Assembly (NCBI GenBank): GCA_043754515.1
Contig: JAYUUO010000239.1
Span: 1-26,693, forward strand
Reading direction: 5' to 3'
Length of the DNA stretch: 26,693 nt
Origin: Armatimonadota bacterium
GTDB lineage: Bacteria > Armatimonadota > Armatimonadia > Armatimonadales > Armatimonadaceae
Positions within the stretch are counted from its first letter, which is position 1, and each line of letters starts with the position of its first letter. The notes under the pieces were generated by a model. That model ran no database searches. It saw only the letters and a list, made by a program, of their open reading frames with translations, and had not been told where the DNA came from. Below are positions 7,483-16,513 of this stretch, piece by piece. Both the position numbers and the translations under genes were made by a program.

Positions 7483-9183
7483 TTATACCAGCCCCGCCTT
7501 ACGGCCGAGGGTTTCGCGCAGTTTCGCCAGCCCGAACGTATTGATCACGTCGTCCGGCCCGAGCCCCGCCCGCCGCGCCACCGTCACGCCCCAGGAGACG
7601 AGTCCGAGACCGCCCGTGGAGTGCGCGTCGGCGTTGATCGTGAGGAGCACGCCCGCCGCTCTCGCCTGACGCGCATACTCGTCGCGCAGGTCGAGCCGTT
7701 CCGGGGACGCGTTTATCTCCAGCACGGTGCCGGTCCGTGCCGCCGCCGCGATTATGGCCTCGATGTCAACTGGGTACGCCTCGCGCCGCCCCAACAACCG
7801 CCCGGTCGGATGCCCGATGATCGAAACCGAGGGGTGTTCGATGGCGCGGATCATGCGCGCCGTCATCGCGGCGGCGTCCTCCTTGTAGCGCATGTGAACC
7901 GACGCGACCACGACATCGAGCCGCGCCAGCAGGTCGTCCTCGCAGTCAATCGCGCCGTCCTGCAATACATCGGCCTCGATCCCGGACAGAAGGGTCAGGC
8001 CGCGCGGGACGAACTCGCGGTTGAGTTCGGCGATCTCCTCGATCTGTTTTTCCAGCCGCTCGCGCGTAAGCCCGTTAGCGATAGTCAGCGAGCGGGAGTG
8101 ATCCGTGACGGCGAGGTATTCGTAGCCGCGTGTGAGCGCGGCTTCCGCCATCTGCCGGATCGTCGAGGCACCGTCGCTATCCGTCGAATGCTCATGCAAC
8201 TGCCCCCGAAAATCGGCCTCGGTGATCAGAATTGGCAGGCCGGACTCCTGGACCGCCTCAATAATCCCCGGCGTGTCGCGCAATTCGGGCGGGATGAGGG
8301 GGAGTTCGAGGGACGCGAAAACATCAGCTTCGGTCGCCATTGAAGCGTTCGCGACCACGTCAGGCGGCTCCAGCGCGTCATAAAAGGCGGCGGGTCCCGT
8401 CGCCGCGAGCTGCGCGAACCCCCACGCCGACCAGCGGAGCTCCGCGTCGTAGGTCGCGACCGTGAGCGGCAGGCCGGAGTCAGTCGTCAGAATCACGTGC
8501 GCGGACGATGAGCCGGTCGCCGCGCCGACCCCTTCCATCTCGCGCGTTTGGGCGAGCGTCCCGGCGGCATTCGCTGTGTCCGCTAGCAGGTAAATGTCGC
8601 GCACCGTGTCGCAACAGCGCCGAATCGCGCCGCAAACCTCGACCCGGCGTACCCCCGGCAGGGCACGGATCAGCCGCGCGTACCGTTCGGCGATGGGGAG
8701 AGCGACATAAAGCGGCACCGTTTCGGAGAGGCGACGCCAACGCGCGATATTCTCCAGCAGATTCGCCTCCTTCGCCGGACCGAACCCGGACACATCCCGC
8801 ACCTTGCCGTCCCGCGCCGCCGTCTCCAGCGCGTCAACGGACGTGACGCCGAGCGAATCCCAGAGCGTCTTCACCGTTTTAGGGGACAGTCCGGGGACCG
8901 CCGCCATCCGCGCCACGCCGTCCGGCACCGTGTCCTTGATCCGCTCGTACAGAGCGGTCGTGCCGGTCGTCAGGAAGTCGCGCGTCTTGCCGACAATCGC
9001 CTCGCCGAAGCCGGGCAGATCGGAAAGCACGCCGCGCTCGTCCAGCGCGGAGAGCGGCTCTTCGAGGTCAAGAATCGTCGCGGCGGCGTTGCGGTAGGCG
9101 CGGACCTTGAACGGGTTTTCGCCCTGTATCTCGGAAATGTCGGCGATGCGCGTGAAGCGATTAGCAATCTCAGTGTTGGTCAT
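7483..9183 (-). CDS. polX: DNA polymerase X family protein with C-terminal PHP domain
   Basis: N-terminal ENPFKVRAYRNAA and HhH motifs (LPGFGEAI, VPGLSPK, VSGFGPA). PHP metal ligands HEHS..SDG, TDHS, GIE, SVH, GHP.GR, EINA.P.RLD and DAH. Confidence 0.93.
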   Translation of the reverse strand: MTNTEIANRFTRIADISEIQGENPFKVRAYRNAAATILDLEEPLSALDERGVLSDLPGFGEAIVGKTRDFLTTGTTALYERIKDTVPDGVARMAAVPGLSPKTVKTLWDSLGVTSVDALETAARDGKVRDVSGFGPAKEANLLENIARWRRLSETVPLYVALPIAERYARLIRALPGVRRVEVCGAIRRCCDTVRDIYLLADTANAAGTLAQTREMEGVGAATGSSSAHVILTTDSGLPLTVATYDAELRWSAWGFAQLAATGPAAFYDALEPPDVVANASMATEADVFASLELPLIPPELRDTPGIIEAVQESGLPILITEADFRGQLHEHSTDSDGASTIRQMAEAALTRGYEYLAVTDHSRSLTIANGLTRERLEKQIEEIAELNREFVPRGLTLLSGIEADVLQDGAIDCEDDLLARLDVVVASVHMRYKEDAAAMTARMIRAIEHPSVSIIGHPTGRLLGRREAYPVDIEAIIAAAARTGTVLEINASPERLDLRDEYARQARAAGVLLTINADAHSTGGLGLVSWGVTVARRAGLGPDDVINTFGLAKLRETLGRKAGLV

Positions 9184-9192
9184 ATTAGCGCA

Positions 9193-9571
9193 CTAATGCC
9201 CCCACCATTTCCCGAGCGGCGTTTGAAGTATAGCCAGGTTTGCGCACCAACCGCCGATGAACGCGATCAGATGGATCGCGACCCCAAGTTGGCAGAGTCC
9301 TCTCTTCGACCGGTGGAACACGATCAGGCAGGGAAGAGCCACCACGCTCCAGGGCAATAACAGTATTATCGCCTTTAGATATGGCGAATATTTTATCGAA
9401 GAACGGGTCAATAGGAACATAACAGAGTGCCTGAAACTCGGTTCCGAACGCGGGATAGTTGCTCACCAGTAATTCGTCCATACGCCGAACCATCATGATT
9501 TGGACCGCGAGATAGATTACCGGGAGCAGACTCCACAGCCAGAGTCGGAGGTTGCCATAGCCTTTTTGCAT
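9193..9571 (-). pseudogene. Small membrane protein, apparently frameshifted
   Basis: An N-terminal TM segment (LWLWSLLPVIYLAVQIMMV) is in one frame. Two more TM segments and a stop (IILLLPWSVVALPCLIVF...WWGH*) are in the +1 frame. Removing one base from the T4 run at 9391-9394 joins them (FFDKYSPYLKAIILL). Confidence 0.5.
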
Positions 9572-9705
9572 CGTTAGAGTTTCCTGGACCGTGGTTTATC
9601 GCGTTGCAACGGGGTGTCGCTTTCCGCCGCGCGACCCCGCGTTCCGTCTGCTTCGATTATACAGGGTATACAGGAAAACGACGCGCCGAACGCGAACCGT
9701 TCCCC

Positions 9706-10701
9706 ATGCAATACCGCGCTTTAGGACGAACGGGCGTCCAGGTTTCCCGTCTTTGTCTCGGCTGTATGAACTTCGGCGACGACGCGACCGAGTCCGACAG
9801 CATCGCCATGATCCACGCCGCCATGGATGCCGGGATCAACTTCCTCGACACCGCGAACGTCTACACGCGGGGCGTTTCCGAGGAAGTGACCGGCAAGGCA
9901 CTCGCGGACGGCAACCGGCGCGACCGCGTTTTCCTCGCGACCAAGTTCTTCAACCGGATGGCGGACGACGACCCGAACGCGTGGGGCGGGCACCGCTTCC
10001 ATATCCTGCGCGAGGTGGAGAACTCACTCCGACGCCTCGGTACCGACCACATTGACCTGTATCAGATGCACCGGCCCCAACCCTCCGTGCCGATTGACGA
10101 AACGCTCCGCGCCCTGGACGATCTGGTACGCTCGGGAAAGGTGCGATACATCGGGACGTCTACCTTTGGCGCGTGGCAGATAGTGGAATCGCTCTGGGTG
10201 GCGAAGGAATATGGTTTAAACCGCTTCATTTGCGAGCAGATGCCCTACAACCTGCTGGACCGACGCGTCGAGCGGGAACTGCTCCCGATGTGCCGCACCT
10301 ATGGCATCGGCACGATCCCCTGGGCACCTATCGCGGGCGGTCTGCTGTCGGGCAAGTACAGCGCGACGAACCGCCCCGCCAACGCCCGCTACGCCACCCG
10401 TAGCGCGCCGCTCCAGCGCGACAACGAGATCGCGTTGCGGAAGGTGGAGCAGTTCACCGCGTTCTGCCGGGATCGCGGGGTCGCGCCCGCGCGATTCGCC
10501 ACCGCGTGGGTTCTGGCACAGGAGGGCGTCACCGCGCCGATCATCGGGCCGCGCACGATGGCACAACTGACGGATTACCTGGAGGCGGACGCGGTCGCGA
10601 TCACGCCCGAGGACCGGTCCGCGATGGACGCGCTGTTCCCGCCCGGCACGCACGTCTCCGACTACTACCGCGCCGACTTCGGGCCGAACGCGCGTTGGTG
10701 A
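9706..10701 (+). CDS. Aldo/keto reductase
   Basis: LG.TG..VS.LCLGCMNFG, GINFLDTANVY, LATK, SLRRLGTDHIDLYQMH, GKVRYIG.S and PIIGPR motifs. Start taken at ATG 9706. Confidence 0.95.
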   Translation: MQYRALGRTGVQVSRLCLGCMNFGDDATESDSIAMIHAAMDAGINFLDTANVYTRGVSEEVTGKALADGNRRDRVFLATKFFNRMADDDPNAWGGHRFHILREVENSLRRLGTDHIDLYQMHRPQPSVPIDETLRALDDLVRSGKVRYIGTSTFGAWQIVESLWVAKEYGLNRFICEQMPYNLLDRRVERELLPMCRTYGIGTIPWAPIAGGLLSGKYSATNRPANARYATRSAPLQRDNEIALRKVEQFTAFCRDRGVAPARFATAWVLAQEGVTAPIIGPRTMAQLTDYLEADAVAITPEDRSAMDALFPPGTHVSDYYRADFGPNARW

Positions 10702-10748
10702 AAGCCGCCCCGCGCATCCGCAACCACGGCATCCCGCCGAACCGAGGG

Positions 10749-11474
10749 TTAGCGGAATCGTCCGCGAAGCGAATCACTATCCCTGCTTCGTCGGAATAAA
10801 ACAAGCCTCCAGACATAGGCAGGGGCCTCCAGATCCGCCGTGACGGATTCCGAGAACACGATGAAAGGGTAGGTTTCGTTCACGTCGGGCCAGCGGCGGA
10901 TGGAGACTTCCACCTGTAGAATCCACTCAATGATGTTGTGATCGGCGGCGAACGTGTGCATCGCGTTCGGTGGCACCGTAAACGGGCAGACTAACTCGAG
11001 CTGCTCCCCGGCCTAGTAGACGCGCCCCGGCGACTCGCTCTTCGAAACGACCACCTTGTTCTCGACGGTGGAGGAGCTTTTGCCCTGCTGGAAGGTCGCG
11101 GCTTCGCGCATGTAGAAGGTCACCCGCGCGAAGTCTACTTCCATCCGCTCCTTGAACCGCTGACTGTAACGGAACACGAAAGACTCGCCCGGACATGCCG
11201 CTTGTGGCGCGAAGGATACCTCGGCAGGGGCCAGCTTCAAGCCGCGCACGACTCCGATCAGACCCCTCCCGATGTTAAACACCCCGATCAGAAGCGGAGC
11301 CAGCCAGAACATGATCCCCCATATATCGGTCGCGCGGCGGTTGGAGACCCAAACTACGAGTGCGATCAGGAGGCACATCGCGCCGAGGATGAGCGAGTTC
11401 CGGCGATCTACATCCTGGGCAGATCGTGGCGGCTCGGTGCCGGGTTCCGGCTCAGGCGTCTGGCTATGTGCCAT
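10749..11474 (-). pseudogene. Membrane-anchored protein interrupted by an in-frame TAG
   Basis: Two N-terminal TM helices. The frame continues through TAG (11013-11015): ...SPGRVY*AGEQLELVCPFTVPPNAMHTFAADHNIIEWILQVEVSIRRWPD..., giving one coherent beta-rich domain. Confidence 0.7.
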
Positions 11475-11499
11475 CGGTTTTCGTCGTCTTCTTTCTCTT

Positions 11500-12207
11500 T
11501 CAGGGGCGGCTTAACGCTGACGAGAGGGTTCGCGCCGTTTCGGCACGCCGCGTCCGAGTTCTGCGCCGGATTATCGCCGACTTGATCGAACTGGTGAAAA
11601 GCGCGGTGTCGGTCGGCACCACGAACGCCGCCGAGAACGGCCCCTCGTCTATCAGCCTCTCCCGCTCCGTGGTAGTACCCACTAGCGCGAAGACTGGAAC
11701 CTCGCGGGCGAGTGGGTCCGCCGCGAACGCAGACAGTATCTCCGGTACCGCGCCCGCGATCTCCGGCTCGCGCAGGTCGAACACTAGCGCGGCAGTGCTG
11801 ATCTCGTGCGCGAGCCGGGGGGCCTCGGCGAGAGAGGCGGGCAGGACCGTGTAGCCGTTCGCGGTCAGTGCCCCGGCAAGTCGGCTCCGCTCGGCACCGT
11901 CGCCGGAGACTATAACCACCGCTCCCGCGTTTTCCACGGCGCGAACGGGGCGTCCCCGTCCCGCGTTGCGCAAGCCCTGGCGTAGCGGCATCAGTTCGTC
12001 GTCGGGTGACTGGATTGCGGCGTCCGTGTGCAGACCGGCGGACTCGCGTAGTCGTTGCATCTGCCCGATAAGCACCGCGACGCGCTCCCGCAACTCCGCG
12101 TTCTCGCCCTCATAGTCCTGAACCACGCGGCTGAGACGGGACGCCTCGAACGCGAAGTAGAGGGTGGCCACGACGAACACGGTGAGAATAACTAGGAGGG
12201 GTACCAT
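11500..12207 (-). CDS. Membrane-anchored protein with coiled coil and atypical receiver (REC)-like domain
   Basis: N-terminal TM, heptad region (ENAELRERVAVLIGQMQRL), then a REC-like alpha/beta pattern VVIV...L...GY.V...LVFDL..P...VPVFAL. ATG at 12207 follows AAGGAA; TTG at 12228 is the alternative. Confidence 0.7.
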   Translation of the reverse strand: MVPLLVILTVFVVATLYFAFEASRLSRVVQDYEGENAELRERVAVLIGQMQRLRESAGLHTDAAIQSPDDELMPLRQGLRNAGRGRPVRAVENAGAVVIVSGDGAERSRLAGALTANGYTVLPASLAEAPRLAHEISTAALVFDLREPEIAGAVPEILSAFAADPLAREVPVFALVGTTTERERLIDEGPFSAAFVVPTDTALFTSSIKSAIIRRRTRTRRAETARTLSSALSRP

Positions 12208-12342
12208 AAAAAAGATGCGTTCCTTCAAGGCAGAGTGGGACGAACGTAAGTCCCTCGATTATTATGGCATTTTCCGCGCCTGTCGGCCACCGTCAAAAAT
12301 ACCGGTTCTTTCGGGTATGATATCCGGGAGGCACAAATCAAG

Positions 12343-12876
12343 ATGAATATCCCGCGAATGTCGCTCCTTACTTCGCTCATCGCTTGCAGTCTATTTTTCG
12401 GCCTGACCGGCTGCAACACCGGTAAGCCGGACGCGCCTGCGCCACCGCCCGTCTTCTCCGCGCCGACACCCCGCCCGGTCGGCAACATCAAGCCCGCCGC
12501 TACCGGAAATGTCGTGGAAGGTGCCGCGCTAAACAAGATATTCCCGCCCGCCGGGGGCGGATATAAAGTCACCTACACCCAGGAGAAGAAAGGGTTCGCG
12601 CAAGCGGAAGTGACACAGGACGGCAAGAAACTGGCGACTCTGTCTATATCCGATACGCTCGCGAACCCCGAGGCGAAAGCCAAGTTCGCCGCGTCAGGTA
12701 CTCCGGTCGCCGGATACCCATCCGCAAATGTCGGCGCGCAGGGCACGGCGGTCCTGGTCGGCGACCGGTTCCAGGTTCAAGTTCGCTCACTCAGTCCCGC
12801 CATGAACGCCGCCGGGCGCGAGGCGTGGCTACAAAAATTCAATCTAGACGCCTTGAAGCGTCTCGCGGGAGGATAA
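12343..12876 (+). CDS. Lipoprotein of unknown function
   Basis: Signal peptide with lipobox LTGC, Pro-rich linker, then a globular domain (TQEKKGFA...LSISDT...GYP...VLVGDRFQVQV). TATGAT -10 at 12316-12321 and a GGAGG RBS. Confidence 0.85.
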   Translation: MNIPRMSLLTSLIACSLFFGLTGCNTGKPDAPAPPPVFSAPTPRPVGNIKPAATGNVVEGAALNKIFPPAGGGYKVTYTQEKKGFAQAEVTQDGKKLATLSISDTLANPEAKAKFAASGTPVAGYPSANVGAQGTAVLVGDRFQVQVRSLSPAMNAAGREAWLQKFNLDALKRLAGG

Positions 12877-12881
12877 CAGTT

Positions 12882-13769
12882 ATGGCAACATCTATTGATC
12901 AGGCGATGGACGCATTACCGACCGGGGGATTCACTGTTAGCGCGCTAAAGGCACTCGATTACGTCGCGCCGGGGCAGTGGCAGAATATAGTCGGGTGGGA
13001 CGCGATGGTTTCCGCAGTGACGAGCGAAACAGACCCGGTGATCCTCGCGCAGGTCAAGGAACGCGCGCTCACGCTCTACAATGACTCCTCGCAAGGCTAT
13101 CAGAGGGCGTTATGGCTGTACCAGACGGTGGACGTAACCGACAAAACGCTCGGCATGGCGGCAATGGCGAACAAAGTCGGCGAAAAGATACCGTTCCTCG
13201 GCTTCCTCTCGAAAATCACGCCCAAAGCGGATAAGACGCAGGCTTTTGATCTCGGCGTGAAACTGGTCGCCGAAGTCGCCGCGTTCTGCAACACGAACGG
13301 TCTGCCGGGCGACTCCATCGGCGATTTCGTCGCCGCGCTGGGGGCGTATGAGAGCGACTCCCTGATCCGTATGGCCGCGCTAATCACGTTCGACGGCTTG
13401 ATCCCACTCGGGCCAGACTTCATGCGCACCGTGCTCGATCACATTGAGCAGGGCGGCACCGGCGACCTGACTCAAAACACCACGTTCCAGCGCATCCGCG
13501 ACCTGGTGCCGGGCGGCGGCGACGGCGACAAACTGGGTTTCATCAGCACGTCGCTCCAGTCGGTCTCGGGCTGGGCGGGCAACTTCATCGCCGAACGCGG
13601 CATTACGCGGGAGAACGTGATCCAGAACCTGCGCGGCTACGTGGACATCGCCGACGATAAACTCGACTACCTCGCCGGGTTCCTCGACCTGTCCACGGAT
13701 TACATGGCGCACACCGGCACGCAGTCGGTCGCCCGCTCGCTCGTATCCCGCGCCGTCAGCGAGATTTAG
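12882..13769 (+). CDS. Conserved hypothetical protein, predicted helical (295 aa)
   Basis: ATG 5 nt after the lipoprotein stop with a GGAGG RBS. Strong GC-rich codon bias. No catalytic motif recognised. Confidence 0.85.
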   Translation: MATSIDQAMDALPTGGFTVSALKALDYVAPGQWQNIVGWDAMVSAVTSETDPVILAQVKERALTLYNDSSQGYQRALWLYQTVDVTDKTLGMAAMANKVGEKIPFLGFLSKITPKADKTQAFDLGVKLVAEVAAFCNTNGLPGDSIGDFVAALGAYESDSLIRMAALITFDGLIPLGPDFMRTVLDHIEQGGTGDLTQNTTFQRIRDLVPGGGDGDKLGFISTSLQSVSGWAGNFIAERGITRENVIQNLRGYVDIADDKLDYLAGFLDLSTDYMAHTGTQSVARSLVSRAVSEI

Positions 13770-13858
13770 GCGCGGCGGTTCATTGCGGCGAACCGATCGC
13801 GGGCGTCCGGGTAGCGGATCGGCAACGCGGCAGGTAGAAGAAACCCGTAGTCGGTGAA

Positions 13859-14325
13859 TCATCCGCTCGCCGTGTTGCCGCCGTCTGCCTCGTCTTGGAT
13901 GCGCCCGGCACGGACGCCGGGCTGTCTCGCCCCGCTGAACCGGATCGCACAAGCCGCGAGCGTGTCGGCGGCACCGTCCCCATCCCGATCTTCGAGGGCG
14001 TAAAACAGATACCAAAGTCAGGATGCATTGCGCCGCGCCCGCGTCGCGGCGGTTCGTAATTCGGCGCGGAAGACGGGGCAGGCAAAATAGGCCGACGCCG
14101 CCTCGTTTAAAGGCGTGCCGACCCTGCCGCGCTGGCAAGCTCCTCCGCGACGGATTGACGCAGACGATGCGTCACCGCATCGTACTCCTCGTTGAGACGG
14201 ACGGCGGCTTCGGTGCCACCCGGCGACTGAATCAGAAAGGTCAGAGCGTCCGCTAATTCAAGCGCGGCAATATCCGTCGCGGCCACGGTGAGCGGTAAAA
14301 CGGGAGAAGCATCTGGATGACTCAC
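13859..14325 (-). pseudogene. ParE/RelE-like toxin pseudogene (frameshift plus in-frame TGA)
   Basis: The N-terminus (V.AT..A.LEL.DA..F......EAA.R) is ParE-like. After a frameshift at ~14110-14135 the reading continues GRVGTPLNEAASAYFACPVFRAELRT...NAS*LWYLFYALEDRDGDGAADTLAACAIRFSGARQP...* with TGA at 14018-14020. Confidence 0.6.
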
Positions 14326-14717
14326 ACGGTTATCCGCCCACCGGGCTTCACATTTCGCAACTGCTCACGGAAGTCAGCGACCATCGCATTACTTTCACGG
14401 TATCTCCCGGCGTCCAAATCTGCCAATCCCCGCGTGATCGCGGCGACATCAGCGGAGGACAGTCCCGGCAGATCCGGGAACGGCTCGCCCTCGACGTGAT
14501 CGGCGAACGTCGGTAGCTTCCCAACGCGGGCGGTTGGAGCGGGGCGGCGACGGATGGAGCGGCGACCGGCGAAGGCGCGCGTCACGGCACGTAGCGCGGC
14601 GTCGAGCGCGGCACGGTCGCGCCGGAGCAGTGCCTTCACGGTTCGTTCGTAATGTCTCTTCTCGGGCGACCCGCTGCGATCCCACCAACTGCTCCAACGC
14701 CCACCGGAAACTCCCAC
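14322..14717 (-). CDS. Probable type II antitoxin (ParD-like C-terminus); start uncertain
   Basis: AAITRGLADLDAGRY is typical of antitoxin C-terminal helices. The stop overlaps the toxin start (GTGA overlap at 14322-14325). Confidence 0.55.
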   Translation of the reverse strand: MGVSGGRWSSWWDRSGSPEKRHYERTVKALLRRDRAALDAALRAVTRAFAGRRSIRRRPAPTARVGKLPTFADHVEGEPFPDLPGLSSADVAAITRGLADLDAGRYRESNAMVADFREQLRNVKPGGRITV

Positions 14718-14731
14718 CGCTTAACCCGAAA

Positions 14732-16435
14732 TCACCGCCACAGATACCGCCACGAATAACTAAGCTCCGCGCGTTTACCCGCCGGTACCACGCTCTTCCA
14801 TGTCGCCCGCCCGAGACCGTTGTACCGCCCGAGGTCGTTCGGCAGGTTGTAGCTGCTCCACCAGCGTGGCACGCTGTCCATGCCGGAAAACAGATCCAGC
14901 GCGTCGGCGGTGCCGTCGGCGGACACCCGTGTGACCGCGCCTAAGACGTAGCGTGATACTTCCAGTGCCGCCGGTTTCGCGCCGTAATTGGCGATAAATA
15001 TCGTTCCTGCGAGATCTACCTGCTCGAAACTGTAGCCGTTCCACTTCTTGATGTCGGGGACGCGCCCAGTCTCCTTATCGCTATGTTTGACCGTGATGTT
15101 ACTCGCCGCCGTGAGCGGAATGTCCACCTCGCCCTTTTTTGGCGTGTAGGTCATCGTGCCCTGCGCCAGCACCCGTTCGCCAGAAAACAACAGGACCGGC
15201 GCGGTGCTGAGTGGATAGGGACTGGTGTTGCAAAAGCGCAGGTAGTGCTTGACGCGCGGTGCCGACAGCAGCGCGGCGAGTTCGGGGGGCAACTGGCTCG
15301 TGCTCCCGTTGTAGTAGGCCTGTTGCCACTCGCGGGGCGGCGCGGGCGCGAGTTCGAGCTTGTACACATCGGAGTAGGCGAGCGAGAACTCGGCGACCGG
15401 GATCACCATCCGCTCGCCGCGCCGCAGTCGGACGTTTTTCACCGTGAACACGAAGAAATCCTCCTTGCTCTCGCCCCGCGCCACGGTCGGGGTCGCTTCC
15501 ATCCCTCCCGCATCCCCCCTCGTGTCAAGGCTAGCTGACGCTTTGTAGATGGTCATTTTATCGGCAGCCCTGGACGTGTTAGCAAACTGCGATTGGATCG
15601 CGTTCGAGAACTGTCCCTGATTCAACTGTCCGTTCTGGGCGTACAACTGCGCTAGCGTTTCCGACAGCACCATCGGGTCGGCCGTATCCTTGTAATCCCA
15701 CTGCGGTGCGCCGATCACGAGTTGCGCGGTTACGTTGTCCAGGTCGGCGAGGTCGTTAACCAGCGTCGCTTGAAGGGAGATCCGCGCCGTGTTTTTCGCC
15801 TCGTCCAGCACTATCTTGTAGCCGGGAATCCAGCGCAGCCCGCTTTGCAGGTACATGATCCCCACATCCGCCGTGCCGCTCCGTCTCTCGCCGCCGAAAC
15901 TCATCGTCATGCAGGGCGTTGTCGTGGAATCCGCGATCGTGAGTTTCGGGTTCTCGCCGACCAGCGTTACTTCCGCTATACTGACGAGTGTCACGAGGCG
16001 AACCCCCTCCGCTGTTTTGAGAAGCACGAGACTCCCATCGCGAATCCCCAGTATAGTCGCGTTGTACAGAGGGGTGCCGGGTCTGCTCTCGCGGATGGCG
16101 ACCGCTTTGCCGACATTAGCCTCCAATAGTTCGCGGATATTCGCCGCGCTCCGCGTCGTTTGAACGGTCACGCGCCCCGTGGTCACGGCGCGGAGCGGTG
16201 CCGACTTGTCACGCGAGTAGGCCCAGAATGTGCCGAGGACCGGCACCGGCAATTCGTCCAGCACCGCCGTGCCGTCCGGCTTGACGGAGAGTTTTCCTTC
16301 CCGCGAAACGAACGAGTAGCCGTCTTTAAAGACGGTCACTTCGCGAACCGGGAGGCGCGACGGTTCCTCGGCGGACGCGGACAGGACAACGGCACCGCAC
16401 AGCACGGTGCCGAAGAAACAAACAAAGGGGATCAT
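14732..16435 (-). CDS. Secreted DUF4139/DUF4140-like protein
   Basis: Signal peptide, V.EVTVFKDG..FV.REG, YLQSGLRW.P.Y.I.L, LQAT..N, and C-terminal Ig-like I.N...L.YSW. Confidence 0.75.
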   Translation of the reverse strand: MIPFVCFFGTVLCGAVVLSASAEEPSRLPVREVTVFKDGYSFVSREGKLSVKPDGTAVLDELPVPVLGTFWAYSRDKSAPLRAVTTGRVTVQTTRSAANIRELLEANVGKAVAIRESRPGTPLYNATILGIRDGSLVLLKTAEGVRLVTLVSIAEVTLVGENPKLTIADSTTTPCMTMSFGGERRSGTADVGIMYLQSGLRWIPGYKIVLDEAKNTARISLQATLVNDLADLDNVTAQLVIGAPQWDYKDTADPMVLSETLAQLYAQNGQLNQGQFSNAIQSQFANTSRAADKMTIYKASASLDTRGDAGGMEATPTVARGESKEDFFVFTVKNVRLRRGERMVIPVAEFSLAYSDVYKLELAPAPPREWQQAYYNGSTSQLPPELAALLSAPRVKHYLRFCNTSPYPLSTAPVLLFSGERVLAQGTMTYTPKKGEVDIPLTAASNITVKHSDKETGRVPDIKKWNGYSFEQVDLAGTIFIANYGAKPAALEVSRYVLGAVTRVSADGTADALDLFSGMDSVPRWWSSYNLPNDLGRYNGLGRATWKSVVPAGKRAELSYSWRYLWR

Positions 16436-16477
16436 GGGCGCGAATCTTTCCGGCGCGGCTACCGTCGCCGCAACCGC

Positions 16478-16506
16478 TTAGACGCCGACCGCCGCCGCGT
16501 CCTTCA
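16478..16506 (-). promoter_or_regulatory. Putative ECF-sigma promoter (TGAAG-N17-CGTCTAA)
   Basis: Located upstream of the DUF4139-like gene. Shares the CGTCTAA -10 and the spacing of the motif upstream of pilC. Confidence 0.35.
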
Positions 16507-16513
16507 CGCAGCC

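Noticed and set aside
11013..11015. Possible pyrrolysine or amber recoding
   Set aside because: TAG is the normal stop of several conserved genes in this window, no pyl genes are present, and nearby genes show other kinds of lesions consistent with decay.
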